From IMG/VR virus record IMGVR_UViG_3300036818_000105, positions 32,001-96,000 of that record: a DNA stretch of 64,000 nucleotides. The stretch is one strand, 5' to 3'. Below are positions 46,757 to 56,295 of this stretch, in pieces. This DNA comes from a virus. Every line of letters starts with the position of its first letter. The stretch's first letter is position 1. The notes under the pieces were generated by a model. The model was not told the DNA's origin. It did no database searches and worked only from the letters and a program-made list of their open reading frames with translations. The translations under genes were made by a program, and so were the position numbers.

Positions 46757-47206
46757 TTGGCCAAGTTCAACGCGGCCGGCGTTGTCGAGGGCCTCGACTA
46801 CGAGTTCGAGGCGTTCGTGCCCGGCTGCAACGGCACCATCAGGGAACCGACCGACACCCAGATCACGGCGTTCCTCACCGAGCGGCAGAAGATCAACGCG
46901 GAGGCCCGCCGGCAGATCGAGGCGGCCGGGAAGGCGATCGAGGCGGCCGGGGAGTCCGGCAACCCGGAAGAGGCCATCGCCGCCCTCGACGACACCGAGG
47001 CCGCCCTGGAGATGCACCGGCGGACGGCGGACGCCTACGCGGCGCTGTGCTCCGGCGCCCCGTCGGCGGCCGACATCCTCCGGCTCCCGATGCGGATCCG
47101 CGTCCTGTTCTACGCCTGGCTCAGCAAAGAGGTGATGAACCCGGAAGCCGTGCCCGGCGGTGGGAGCTCGCAGGTGAAGACCCTGCGGTCCGTAGCCGCC
47201 GGGTAA
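46757..47206 (+). CDS. Tail assembly chaperone (G-like)
   Basis: Lies between tube and tape measure; TTG start after an AGGAG RBS. Confidence 0.7.
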   Translation: MAKFNAAGVVEGLDYEFEAFVPGCNGTIREPTDTQITAFLTERQKINAEARRQIEAAGKAIEAAGESGNPEEAIAALDDTEAALEMHRRTADAYAALCSGAPSAADILRLPMRIRVLFYAWLSKEVMNPEAVPGGGSSQVKTLRSVAAG

Positions 47207-47463
47207 TCCTCTACGCCGTCCGCAAGTACCTGCAGATCTGGCCGGACGAGTGGGCGGACCTGTCGTGGGACCTGAGGGAGATGTACCTGGACGGCCTGAG
47301 CGAGGACGAGAGCGTGCCGTTCCGCCTTGAGCGGCGGGCGGTCCCGGCGGCCGGGGCCGGCGGCCCGAAGGTCCGCAAGGTGGCCGGCGGCGCGGACGTG
47401 ATCGACATCGGCGCGATGATCGCCGACCTGGAGGCCAACCCGGCGGCGCGCAGGCGCCAGTAG
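47200..47463 (+). CDS. Tail assembly chaperone extension (T-like, -1 frame)
   Basis: VILYAVRKYLQIWPDEWADLSW overlaps the G stop; no clear start of its own. Confidence 0.55.
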   Translation, partial: RVILYAVRKYLQIWPDEWADLSWDLREMYLDGLSEDESVPFRLERRAVPAAGAGGPKVRKVAGGADVIDIGAMIADLEANPAARRRQ

Positions 47464-47478
47464 AGGGAGGTGTGAGCG

Positions 47479-50400
47479 GTGGCCTTTGACGCGGGTGCCA
47501 TCGAGGCGCGCCTCACCGTTGACACCTCGGCCGCCGACCGGGACCTCGACACGTTCGAGGCCAGGGTCAGGGCGCTTGAGGGCGACCACAGGGTCAAGAT
47601 CACCGCCGACCTGGACACCTCGTCCCTCGGCCGTGCCCGGCAGATGTTCGCGGACCTGGACAACAGCATCTCCAAGGACGCGATGAACCGCCTGCGGTCA
47701 AGCCCGCAGGGATCGGTCCTCGGGGCGCTCAACGCCCTGTTCAGCCCGCACCCGGTGACGGGTGCCCCCTCGGCGCAGCAGGCGGCGAGCCAGGGCCTGC
47801 TGGGGCAGATGGTCGGCGACCAGGGCTCGGGCGGCACGCTGGCGCCCGGCACCAGCAACGGCGCGGGCGAGAACACCAGCGGGAGCAGCAGCGGCAACCT
47901 GGGCGGCGTCCTTAACCAGGCGCAGAACGAGTCCACCACCGACGACGTCCGCCAGGTGCTGCAGGGCAACGGGCCCGCCGACACCTCCACGACCGACGAC
48001 ATCCGCCAGGTGCTGGAAGGCAGCACGCCGGGGAACCTCGCCACCACCGACGACATCCGGCAGGTGCTGGAGGGCAGCACGCCGGGGAACCTGTCCACCA
48101 CCGACGACATCAAGCAGGTGCTGGAGGGCGCCAGCCCGTCCGACGTCACCACCACCGACAAGGTCAACCAGGAGCTTGCCGGGACGGGCCCGAAGGACAC
48201 CACGACCACCGACGTCATCAAGCAGGAGCTCGAGGGCAACGGGCCGAAGGACAGCAGCACCACCGACACCGTCAAGGAGAAGCTGGACCCGTCATCGGCC
48301 GCCAAGACCGAGGCGGACGCCAAGGCCAGCGGCGGCCGGGCGGGAACCGGCTGGGGGTCGGCGTTCAGCTCGAGCGTCGGCGGGATCCTGTCCGGCCTGT
48401 TCGGCGGCGGCGGGGGCGGAGGGGAAGGCGGCGGAGGGGGCGGGGAGGACTCCAGCTTCCTCGACGAGGGCCTGCTCGGCGGGATCGGCCCCGGCATCCT
48501 CGGCATCAGCACCCTGAAGGCATCGCTTACCGGGCTGGTCAGCGCGGCCGTCGCCGCCCTGCCCGCGCTCGGCGGGGTCGCGGCCGGGCTGACCGCGGTC
48601 GCCGGGGGCGCGGCGCTGCTGTTCACCAGCAACAGCCAGCTCAAGGCGCAGGCGTCGTCCCTGCTGGACAGCCTGAAGAGCGAGTTCACCGCCGCGGCCG
48701 CCCCGATGATCAAGCCGCTGCAGGACGCCCTGACGTCCCTGGGGCAGACGTTCAAGTCGGTCGGTCCCGAGGTCGGCCAGATCTTCTCCGCCGCCGCCCC
48801 GCTGATCATGCCGCTGACCGCCGGGCTGGAAGGGCTGGTCACCGGGCTGCTGCCGGGGCTGCTGACCATCCTGAAGTCCGTAGCGCCCGCTATGGACGTG
48901 TTTGACCAGTTTATCGCGGACGTCGGCAAGGACCTGGGCGTCATGTTCGCCGACTTCGCGCCCGCCGTCGCCGACAGCTCAGTGATACTCAAGGCGCTGC
49001 TCGGCGTCGTGACCGGGCTGTTCCCCGTCCTCGGCGAGCTGGGGTCCACCCTGACCGGGGTGCTCGGGCCGGCCTTCACCGCCTTCGCCGGGGCCATCGG
49101 GGCACTGATGCCCTTTTTGTCCGGAATCGCCCAGATCGTCGGCCAGTTCGCGGGCGCGGTCCTCGAAGACCTCGGCGGCGCGCTGCAGCTCGTCGCCAGC
49201 CTCCTGAAAACAGTTTCGCCCGCCTTCGACACCCTGGCCACAACGCTCGGCAACGTGTTCAGCACCCTCGAGTCCAAGGGCGGGTTCGCGCAGCTCGGCG
49301 ACGTCCTCGAAGGGCTGGCCGCCCCGCTCGGCAACCTCGTCACGTCCCTGGTCACCGGCCTCGCGCCCGCGATACCTCCCCTCCTGACCCTGTTCTCCGA
49401 TTTCGTCAACGTGGCGTCGTCCGTCGCCGTCACGGTCCTGTCGGCGCTGATCCCGCCGCTGACCCAGCTCGCGGCCACCGCGCTCGGCGCGCTGGTCGCG
49501 GTCCTTCCCGTCGTGGTCCCGCTGGTCACCAGCCTCCTGACCTCCTTCACCACCGACGCGGGCAACGCCATCGTCACCATCGGCACCGCCGTGCTCAACC
49601 TTGCACAGGTGTCACTCGACGCGCTGCTCCAGGCCGCCCAGCCGCTCATTCCCGTCATCCTCGACCTGGTCACCGCCTTCACGCCGCTGCTCAACGTCCT
49701 GACCTCGGCCACGGCCAGCACCATCGCCGCCCTGGCCAGCGCCCTGGCGGCCATCGTCACCGCCATCCCGTCCGGGGTGCTGACCGGCGTGTCGGTGGCC
49801 GTGCTCGGGATCGTCGGCGGGTTCAAGCTGTGGGGGACCGCCGTCGCCGGGGTCAGCTCGGCGCTGAAAGCCCTTGACGTCACCTCCGCGGTCTCCGGCA
49901 TCGCCAGCCTGTCGGGGGAGATCGGCGCGTTCGCAGCCGCCGCCGAGGGCGCCACCCTGGCGGAGAAGGGCATGCTCGCGGGCGAGCTGCTGATGGAGGC
50001 GGCCACCCCGTTCGGCTGGGTAGTGGCGGGCGGCGTGGCCCTGGTCGGCCTGGTCGCCCTGCTGCGCCAGACGACGGACGCCGCGCAGTCGGTGACGACC
50101 CAGTTCGCGCAGCAGGACGACGCCACCGGCTACAACATCTCCGGCTACCAGAAGCTCGCCCTCCAGCTGGAGATCCTGTCCGGCCAGTACCAGAAGCTGA
50201 ACGCCGCCCAGTACGCCAGCGACCCGGAGTACGCGTCCACCGTCGCGAACCAGCTGTCCGCCGCCGCGCAGGCGGCCGCGGCAACGGCGGAAACGCTGCA
50301 GGCACGGCTCACCAGCCTCTCGCAGGGCCTCGGGGTGTCGCAGACCGTGATCGAGCAGTGGGCGAGCGCGGCAGGGGTCAGTGCCACCAAGTTCGCCAGC

Positions 50401-52140
50401 AGCGGCGAGAACGTGCAAGACCTGACCGACAAGATCGTCACCTACGTCAACAAGAACGCCTCCGCCGTCACCTCCACGGCGTCCCTGGCCACCAACATCG
50501 ACATCTTCGGCAACGACGTGTTCAGCGCTACCACCCAGCTCGACGCGTTCAACGGCATCTGGAACACGCTCGTGGGCAACCTGCTGACCAAGCAGATGGC
50601 GGTCAGCCAGTCGGCGTCCGCGTTCCAGTCCCTGCAGGCGTCGATCAAGCAGAACGGGACGGCGTCCACCGCGACAGCGCAGAGCTTCCAGGCGTACATC
50701 GAGCAGATCGGCAGCTCGGTATCGACGCTGCTCAAGCAGGGCACCTCGATCGGGTCAGTCAACAGCTACCTCCAGGGCCAGATCAGCAACCTCAAGACCC
50801 TCGGTCCGCTCAACAAGTCCCAGCAGGCCGACCTCAACGGGCTCATCGCCGTGCAGGCCAGCCTCGCCAACAGCACCAAGGGCCTGTCCGCCAACCAGCT
50901 CACCTACATCAGCCAGGTCGAAGGCCACGTCATCCCCGACCTGCAGAAGATGCACGCCGACACGCCGCTGGTCAACACCGACATCGCCAACCTGGCCAAC
51001 TCGATCGCCCAGACCGGGACCAAGAGCGCCAGCACCGAGTCCGACCGGGCACAGCTGATCAAGGACCTGGAGAGCGCCGGGGCCACCGCCCAGCAGGCCA
51101 CCACCCTCGTCAACGGCCTGACCACCTCCCTCGGCAAGGTCCCCAAGAGCGTCACCTCCGGCGTCGCCGTCCGCCTGTCCGGGTCGGGCTCGGTCACTGC
51201 CGTTGTCACCGCCCCCGGCGTCGCCGCCGTCCAGGGCGGCGGGCAGATGGTCCTGGAAACAGCCGCCGCCGGCGGTTACGTCAGCGGGCCCGGCGGCCCC
51301 ACCGACGACGTCATCCCCGCGTTGCTGTCCAACGGCGAGTACGTCATCCAGGCCAGCTCGGTCGACAAGTACGGCAAGGGGTTCCTCGACGAGCTCAACG
51401 CCCAGCGGTTCGCCTCCGGCGGCATCGCCGACCTCAGCGCGGCGGCCAGCTTCGCCGACAGCCAGGCCAACGCGTTCACCAGCTCGGACAGCCAGGCGTT
51501 CGTCAAGAGCCTCGTCGCTGCCTACGAGGCCGCGGCCAAGGCGGCAGCGGCCAAGGCGGCGGCGAACCTGAAGCCGACCGGGTCCGGGGCCACCGTCGAG
51601 GCACTGATGCAGTCCATGGCCGCGAGCGTCGGGTGGACCGGGGCCGAGTGGACGGCCCTGGCGGAAGTCGAGGCACGTGAAGCCGGGTTCTCGCTCACGG
51701 CAACCAACCCCAGCAGCGGCGCCTACGGGCTCGCGCAGTTTATCGACGGGCCCTCAGAATACGCGCAATACGGCGGCAATTCAACAACTGCGGCGGGCCA
51801 AATTACCGCAATGCTGAATTATATATCCAGTCGCTACGGCGATCCAATTGCGGCCGAAGCGCACGAAGTCGAATACGGCTGGTATGACAATGGCGGCTAC
51901 CTAAAGCCCGGTTACACCCTGGCCTACAACGGCACCGGCAGGCCCGAGCCGGTTACCCCCGCCGGCGCGGGCGGGGCGTCGATCAGCGACCTCTCCGCCC
52001 GCCTCGACCAGCTCCACGCCGACATGCGGGAGATGGTCAGCGTCACGCGGCAGGTCCCCGCCGGCGTGGGCCAGCATGTCGGCAGCGCAATCAACGGAGC
52101 CGCGCAGAACGCCTCATTCCGGTCACGGTACCCGCGATGA
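47479..52140 (+). CDS. Tape measure protein with a C-terminal lytic transglycosylase-like domain
   Basis: 1553 aa; amphipathic repeats; GPGGPTDDVIPALLSNGEYV; REAGF...NPSSGAYGLAQF, YISSRYG, GWYDNGG. Confidence 0.92.
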   Translation: MAFDAGAIEARLTVDTSAADRDLDTFEARVRALEGDHRVKITADLDTSSLGRARQMFADLDNSISKDAMNRLRSSPQGSVLGALNALFSPHPVTGAPSAQQAASQGLLGQMVGDQGSGGTLAPGTSNGAGENTSGSSSGNLGGVLNQAQNESTTDDVRQVLQGNGPADTSTTDDIRQVLEGSTPGNLATTDDIRQVLEGSTPGNLSTTDDIKQVLEGASPSDVTTTDKVNQELAGTGPKDTTTTDVIKQELEGNGPKDSSTTDTVKEKLDPSSAAKTEADAKASGGRAGTGWGSAFSSSVGGILSGLFGGGGGGGEGGGGGGEDSSFLDEGLLGGIGPGILGISTLKASLTGLVSAAVAALPALGGVAAGLTAVAGGAALLFTSNSQLKAQASSLLDSLKSEFTAAAAPMIKPLQDALTSLGQTFKSVGPEVGQIFSAAAPLIMPLTAGLEGLVTGLLPGLLTILKSVAPAMDVFDQFIADVGKDLGVMFADFAPAVADSSVILKALLGVVTGLFPVLGELGSTLTGVLGPAFTAFAGAIGALMPFLSGIAQIVGQFAGAVLEDLGGALQLVASLLKTVSPAFDTLATTLGNVFSTLESKGGFAQLGDVLEGLAAPLGNLVTSLVTGLAPAIPPLLTLFSDFVNVASSVAVTVLSALIPPLTQLAATALGALVAVLPVVVPLVTSLLTSFTTDAGNAIVTIGTAVLNLAQVSLDALLQAAQPLIPVILDLVTAFTPLLNVLTSATASTIAALASALAAIVTAIPSGVLTGVSVAVLGIVGGFKLWGTAVAGVSSALKALDVTSAVSGIASLSGEIGAFAAAAEGATLAEKGMLAGELLMEAATPFGWVVAGGVALVGLVALLRQTTDAAQSVTTQFAQQDDATGYNISGYQKLALQLEILSGQYQKLNAAQYASDPEYASTVANQLSAAAQAAAATAETLQARLTSLSQGLGVSQTVIEQWASAAGVSATKFASSGENVQDLTDKIVTYVNKNASAVTSTASLATNIDIFGNDVFSATTQLDAFNGIWNTLVGNLLTKQMAVSQSASAFQSLQASIKQNGTASTATAQSFQAYIEQIGSSVSTLLKQGTSIGSVNSYLQGQISNLKTLGPLNKSQQADLNGLIAVQASLANSTKGLSANQLTYISQVEGHVIPDLQKMHADTPLVNTDIANLANSIAQTGTKSASTESDRAQLIKDLESAGATAQQATTLVNGLTTSLGKVPKSVTSGVAVRLSGSGSVTAVVTAPGVAAVQGGGQMVLETAAAGGYVSGPGGPTDDVIPALLSNGEYVIQASSVDKYGKGFLDELNAQRFASGGIADLSAAASFADSQANAFTSSDSQAFVKSLVAAYEAAAKAAAAKAAANLKPTGSGATVEALMQSMAASVGWTGAEWTALAEVEAREAGFSLTATNPSSGAYGLAQFIDGPSEYAQYGGNSTTAAGQITAMLNYISSRYGDPIAAEAHEVEYGWYDNGGYLKPGYTLAYNGTGRPEPVTPAGAGGASISDLSARLDQLHADMREMVSVTRQVPAGVGQHVGSAINGAAQNASFRSRYPR
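47935..48285 (+). repeat. 54-bp (18-aa) tandem repeat, about 6.5 copies, within the tape measure gene
   Basis: TTDDIRQVLEGSTPGNL(A/S)-type units. Confidence 0.85.
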
Positions 52141-52233
52141 CGCTGAGCCCAGGTCCTACCGCCAATCGCTTGATACATACTTACCTGCCCATTCTAGCGG
52201 ATTCGCTAGCAATTTCGGCTGTCACCGGGCGAG

Positions 52234-55200
52234 GTGACGGCTGAAATGTACGATTCCCTAGTGCTCGGCAATGTTGTTGAATTGCTGAACAATAAGGCAG
52301 TCTCGACCAACCCCGCGTGCCCGGGCGCGATCTTCATGCTTCAGCCGGGCAGCGATCCCGGCGCGCCGCAGCCGACGACTGACTTCGTGGCGAGCCTGCT
52401 GCTCGACGGCGAACGCCCGTTCGGGAGACGTGCGAGCAATCGCACCATCAAGCTCCCGATTTGGATTACGGCACCGAACAGGCAAATTCTAGCCGCCGCT
52501 CGCGAAGTCCTCCAGCAAGTGATTGACCAGGACTATTACACAATTACATGGACCCGCGACCCAAGTAACGGCAATCCCGGCAATGTCGCGCTGCCCTTGA
52601 TTTACGATTGCTTCCGCGCCGAGCCCAGCGTCCCGGTCTTTAATTCCCTCTTCGAGAAAGAAATTCTCGGCACGCAGATCGAGCTCACCATCCCGGCGCT
52701 GCCCTACGGCCGGTCTGACACGCAGACTCAGGTGAGCTTCGCCGCCCCGGTCCCGGCCAACCCGCCTGTCCCGCCGCCGCCGACGTCGGTGGTGCTGGAC
52801 AACTTCAGCTCGATCTCGTCGGTGCAGTGCTTCCAGAGCACCCAGTGCGTCGTCGGCCCGTACACGGCGTGCTGGGACCCGGACAGGTTCGGTGACCCGG
52901 GCGGGCAGGAGACCTCGTTCAGCTACGGGTCGGCGTTCGCTTCCCCGCTGAACCTGACGGACATGACGTCGCTCCAGTGCTGGCTCGGCCTGGGCAGCCG
53001 TTACTACGCGAACCTGGAGTTCCACGGCAAGACCCACGGCGTGTCGGTCTACATGACCCTGACCGATACCAGCGGGAACACGCTTTCCTTCTCGCGCGGG
53101 AACCTCCTCGTGCCGGTGTCGAACTCCGCGCAGGCCCCGGTGTTCTCCCGCCTCACCATCCCGGTCCCGCAGACGAGCTCCACATTCAACTACGCGTCGG
53201 TTGCTTCCTACTCGCTTGAGATCATCAACCGGCAGGACCGGGTCCGGCGCCTGTCCTGGGTCACCGCCTACCTTGACGCCCTGACCGCCTACCCGGGCAG
53301 CCAGTACGTGAGCCCGGTCGTGCGGGGCGCGATCTACACGCTCTACGGGGTGGCGGGGACGGCCAGGGCACCGGTGTCGATGTCGTTCCAGCAGGCGGCC
53401 TCCCCGGGCTCGTCGACGACGGTCACGGCCACGGGGCCGGGCACCTACACGGTCCCGGCGAACACCGCCTACCTCAAGGCGGAGTGCTGGGGTGGCGGCG
53501 GCGCGGGCGCGGGCATGACCGCGGCGGGAGTCGGCGCCGGAGGGGGCGGCAGCGAGCACGCGGCCGAGACCGTGTTCCCGGCCTCGGCCGGCCAGGTCAT
53601 CCCCTACGCGGTCGGCCCGGGGGCGGCCGCCGGGGCATCACCGAACGGCGGCCAGGCGACGTTCTTCGGCCCGGCGCCGGGCGGGACGCTGCAGGTCACC
53701 GCGAACGGCGGCGGGTCGGTCGCCACGAACGGCACCACGGCCGGCCTCGGGGGGGCGGGGTCGCTCAACTCGGTTGAGTACCCGGGAGGGGCCGGGCGGT
53801 CCAACCCGGCCGGCACGTACGGGGGAGGGGGCGGTTCCTCGGCCGGGACGGCGTCGGCGGGCAATACCCCGATGGGCTCCGGGTCGGTGCTGTTCACCGC
53901 CGCCGGCACCTACTCGGGGTCCGGGTCCGGGTGGCTGTGCCCGGCGGGCGTCTTCCAGGTGCTCGCGGAGTGCTGGGGGGCGGGCGGCGGCGGCGCGAGC
54001 GGCAGCAACTCCGGCAACGGCGCGGGCGGCGGCGGCGGGGAGTACCGCAACGCCTTCGTCTCCGTCACGCCCGGCACCTACTACACGGTCGTGGTCGGGG
54101 CGGGAGGCTCGGGCGGGTCGTCTACCGGGAACGGCTCAGCGGGCGGCCTGAGCAGCTTCGCGGGCAACGGCTACACGGTCACCGCGCACGCGGGAGGCGG
54201 CGGCCAGGACACCGGCTACGGCGGGCAGGGCGGCGGCGGGTCGGGGGGGACGGGCACCACCGGGCACAACGGCGGGTCCGGCGGCAACTCCTACCCTTAC
54301 ACCGGCGGCGGCGGGTCCTCAGCGGGCCCGGACGCCCAGGGCAACTCCGGCGGGAGCCCCGGAGGGGCGATCGCCCCGGCGCAGGGCGGCAGCGGCGGCA
54401 GCGGGTCCGGCGCCCAGAACGGCTCGGGGCAGGCAGGGGCGGCGCCCGGCGGCGGCGGGGGCGGCTCGTACAACAGCGCCTACCCGGGCGGGGCGGGCGC
54501 GGCAGGCCAGGTCCGGATCACCTACCCGGCGACGACCGGCGCGCCGACGGCGGCGGGCGGGACCGCGGTCAGCGGCGGGGGCGCAGGCGGGGCGGGCGGC
54601 GCCGCGGCCGGGTCAGCCGGGTCGGCGGGGTCGGCCCCCGGCGGGGGCGGCGGCGGGGCTGACTCCTCGGGCAGCACGCTCGCGGGCGGGGCAGGCGGCA
54701 ACGGGCAGATCCGGATCACCCCGTACGTGCCGAGCGCGTTCAGGTCCCTGATCGTCCACCGGCCGCCGCTGGGGACGCTGAAGACGTTCCAGCCGATGGT
54801 GTCCGTGGGAGGCGGCGGGGACCCGCCGGACGGGACCCACCAGTACACCATGCCGCAGCCTGTGACCGGCGTGAACGCCGACTTCGGCGGGACGTACACG
54901 GTCTACCTGGTCAACGACACGTGGAGCGGCGGGAGCAGTTCCTCGACCGCCAGGACGATCACCGTGACCGTGACCCAGTACGAGTACGCGGGCGGTCCGG
55001 GCTACTCCGTCAGCACGCTTCCCGTCTCCGTGGCGCCGAACCAGGTCAGCAACGGGATCGTCACCGCGGGCGTGCTCACGCTCCCGGTCAAGGCGGTCGC
55101 GCCGGACAACCTCGGCGGCTACTACACGGTGTCCGTCACGGACTCCAACACGTCGGACCGGTTCTTCGACTGCATCTTCCTCGACACCATGGGCCAGACG

Positions 55201-55470
55201 GTCGTGATCAACGAGCCGAGCAGCGGATACGAAACGTATTACATAGATGCCCCTGATCCCAACGTGTCCCTGGGCCGGATCATGGGCAGCCAGAACGGCC
55301 GCCCTAACGCGATCAGCGTGATGGACAACACCCCGTACATCTCCGGCGGGCCGCTCTACGTCGAGCCCGCTGACGGGGACAACCAATTGCTCGTCTATTC
55401 CGCCGACGCCTCTGCGCCCAGCGTGTCCCTGAGTTATTACGCGGCGTACTACTTCGATCGCTATGAGTGA
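52234..55470 (+). CDS. Distal-tail-like protein with a large Gly-rich insertion
   Basis: Follows the tape measure gene; DGERPFGRRASNRTIKLPI; two ECWG.GGGG Gly-rich modules. Confidence 0.75.
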   Translation: MTAEMYDSLVLGNVVELLNNKAVSTNPACPGAIFMLQPGSDPGAPQPTTDFVASLLLDGERPFGRRASNRTIKLPIWITAPNRQILAAAREVLQQVIDQDYYTITWTRDPSNGNPGNVALPLIYDCFRAEPSVPVFNSLFEKEILGTQIELTIPALPYGRSDTQTQVSFAAPVPANPPVPPPPTSVVLDNFSSISSVQCFQSTQCVVGPYTACWDPDRFGDPGGQETSFSYGSAFASPLNLTDMTSLQCWLGLGSRYYANLEFHGKTHGVSVYMTLTDTSGNTLSFSRGNLLVPVSNSAQAPVFSRLTIPVPQTSSTFNYASVASYSLEIINRQDRVRRLSWVTAYLDALTAYPGSQYVSPVVRGAIYTLYGVAGTARAPVSMSFQQAASPGSSTTVTATGPGTYTVPANTAYLKAECWGGGGAGAGMTAAGVGAGGGGSEHAAETVFPASAGQVIPYAVGPGAAAGASPNGGQATFFGPAPGGTLQVTANGGGSVATNGTTAGLGGAGSLNSVEYPGGAGRSNPAGTYGGGGGSSAGTASAGNTPMGSGSVLFTAAGTYSGSGSGWLCPAGVFQVLAECWGAGGGGASGSNSGNGAGGGGGEYRNAFVSVTPGTYYTVVVGAGGSGGSSTGNGSAGGLSSFAGNGYTVTAHAGGGGQDTGYGGQGGGGSGGTGTTGHNGGSGGNSYPYTGGGGSSAGPDAQGNSGGSPGGAIAPAQGGSGGSGSGAQNGSGQAGAAPGGGGGGSYNSAYPGGAGAAGQVRITYPATTGAPTAAGGTAVSGGGAGGAGGAAAGSAGSAGSAPGGGGGGADSSGSTLAGGAGGNGQIRITPYVPSAFRSLIVHRPPLGTLKTFQPMVSVGGGGDPPDGTHQYTMPQPVTGVNADFGGTYTVYLVNDTWSGGSSSSTARTITVTVTQYEYAGGPGYSVSTLPVSVAPNQVSNGIVTAGVLTLPVKAVAPDNLGGYYTVSVTDSNTSDRFFDCIFLDTMGQTVVINEPSSGYETYYIDAPDPNVSLGRIMGSQNGRPNAISVMDNTPYISGGPLYVEPADGDNQLLVYSADASAPSVSLSYYAAYYFDRYE

Positions 55471-55479
55471 CGGGACGCG

Positions 55480-56277
55480 GTGATGAGGAAACTGGCCCTG
55501 CTCGGGATCGCCCTGCTCGCCGCTTACGTCGGCACGCGGGCGCTGAGGCGCAACGCCGAGGTCATCCAGCTGGTGTGCGCGCTGATCGGCATGACCGCCA
55601 CCGCCAGCCTGGCGAACACCCCCAAGGCGCGCTCGGTCGAGGACCGGCTCAACTCCCTGGTACCCGTCGTCTTCCCCAACACCGGCGGCACGGTCAACGG
55701 CTCCATGACGGTCACCGGGAACCACACCGTCAGCGGCAACTCCGTGGTCGGCGGGCAGATCAACGGGTCCGGCGGGGCCCTGGAGAACAGCAGCGGCATC
55801 CACTCCAGCGGGGTCATCGAGGCCGATAACGGCATCAGCACCTCCGTGGTCACCGCGAGCAGCGGCAGCACGAACGAGTTCTCCGGCGCCATTCACTCCA
55901 GCGGCACCGTCGAGGCCGACAACGGCATCAGCACCGGGGGAAGCGTCAGCGCCAGCGGGGGCGGCACCAACGAGTTCAGCGGCGGGATCCACACCGGCGG
56001 GGACTCGGTGACCGACGGGGACCACACCGTCGGCGGCACCCTGACGGTCAACGGCGGCTCCACGGCCGAGATCAACCCGAGCGTGCACATCGGCGGCAAC
56101 CTCGTGGTCGACGGCAGCATCAGCGGCAGCGGGTCCGGGGGCGTAACGGGAGGCCAGGCCGGGGTGTCGACCGTCTCCGCCGCGCCCAGCAGCTACAGCC
56201 AGTCGACCATGACCACGTACGCCTCGGCGATCAACGGGATCATCGCCCGGCTCGAGTCGTCCGGGCTCATCGGCTAG
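55480..56277 (+). CDS. Tail-associated beta-helix repeat protein
   Basis: Repeats IHSSG.(I/V)EADNGIST and GG.L.V.G. Confidence 0.6.
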   Translation: MMRKLALLGIALLAAYVGTRALRRNAEVIQLVCALIGMTATASLANTPKARSVEDRLNSLVPVVFPNTGGTVNGSMTVTGNHTVSGNSVVGGQINGSGGALENSSGIHSSGVIEADNGISTSVVTASSGSTNEFSGAIHSSGTVEADNGISTGGSVSASGGGTNEFSGGIHTGGDSVTDGDHTVGGTLTVNGGSTAEINPSVHIGGNLVVDGSISGSGSGGVTGGQAGVSTVSAAPSSYSQSTMTTYASAINGIIARLESSGLIG

Positions 56278-56295
56278 GCGAGGTGACGTGACGCC

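Noticed and set aside
47935-48285. CRISPR array
   Set aside because: The repeats are in-frame coding units with no unique spacers
47211-50126. Long antisense ORFs (971 aa here; also 54613..56724, 8022..9668, 20348..21952, 3395..4207)
   Set aside because: Shadow frames of GC-rich genes on the opposite strand with no protein motifs; the TYLENW peptide in 20348..21952 simply reflects the guide sequence
53490-54710. PE-PGRS or collagen gene
   Set aside because: The Gly-rich tract is internal to a tail protein; there is no PE domain or GxY periodicity
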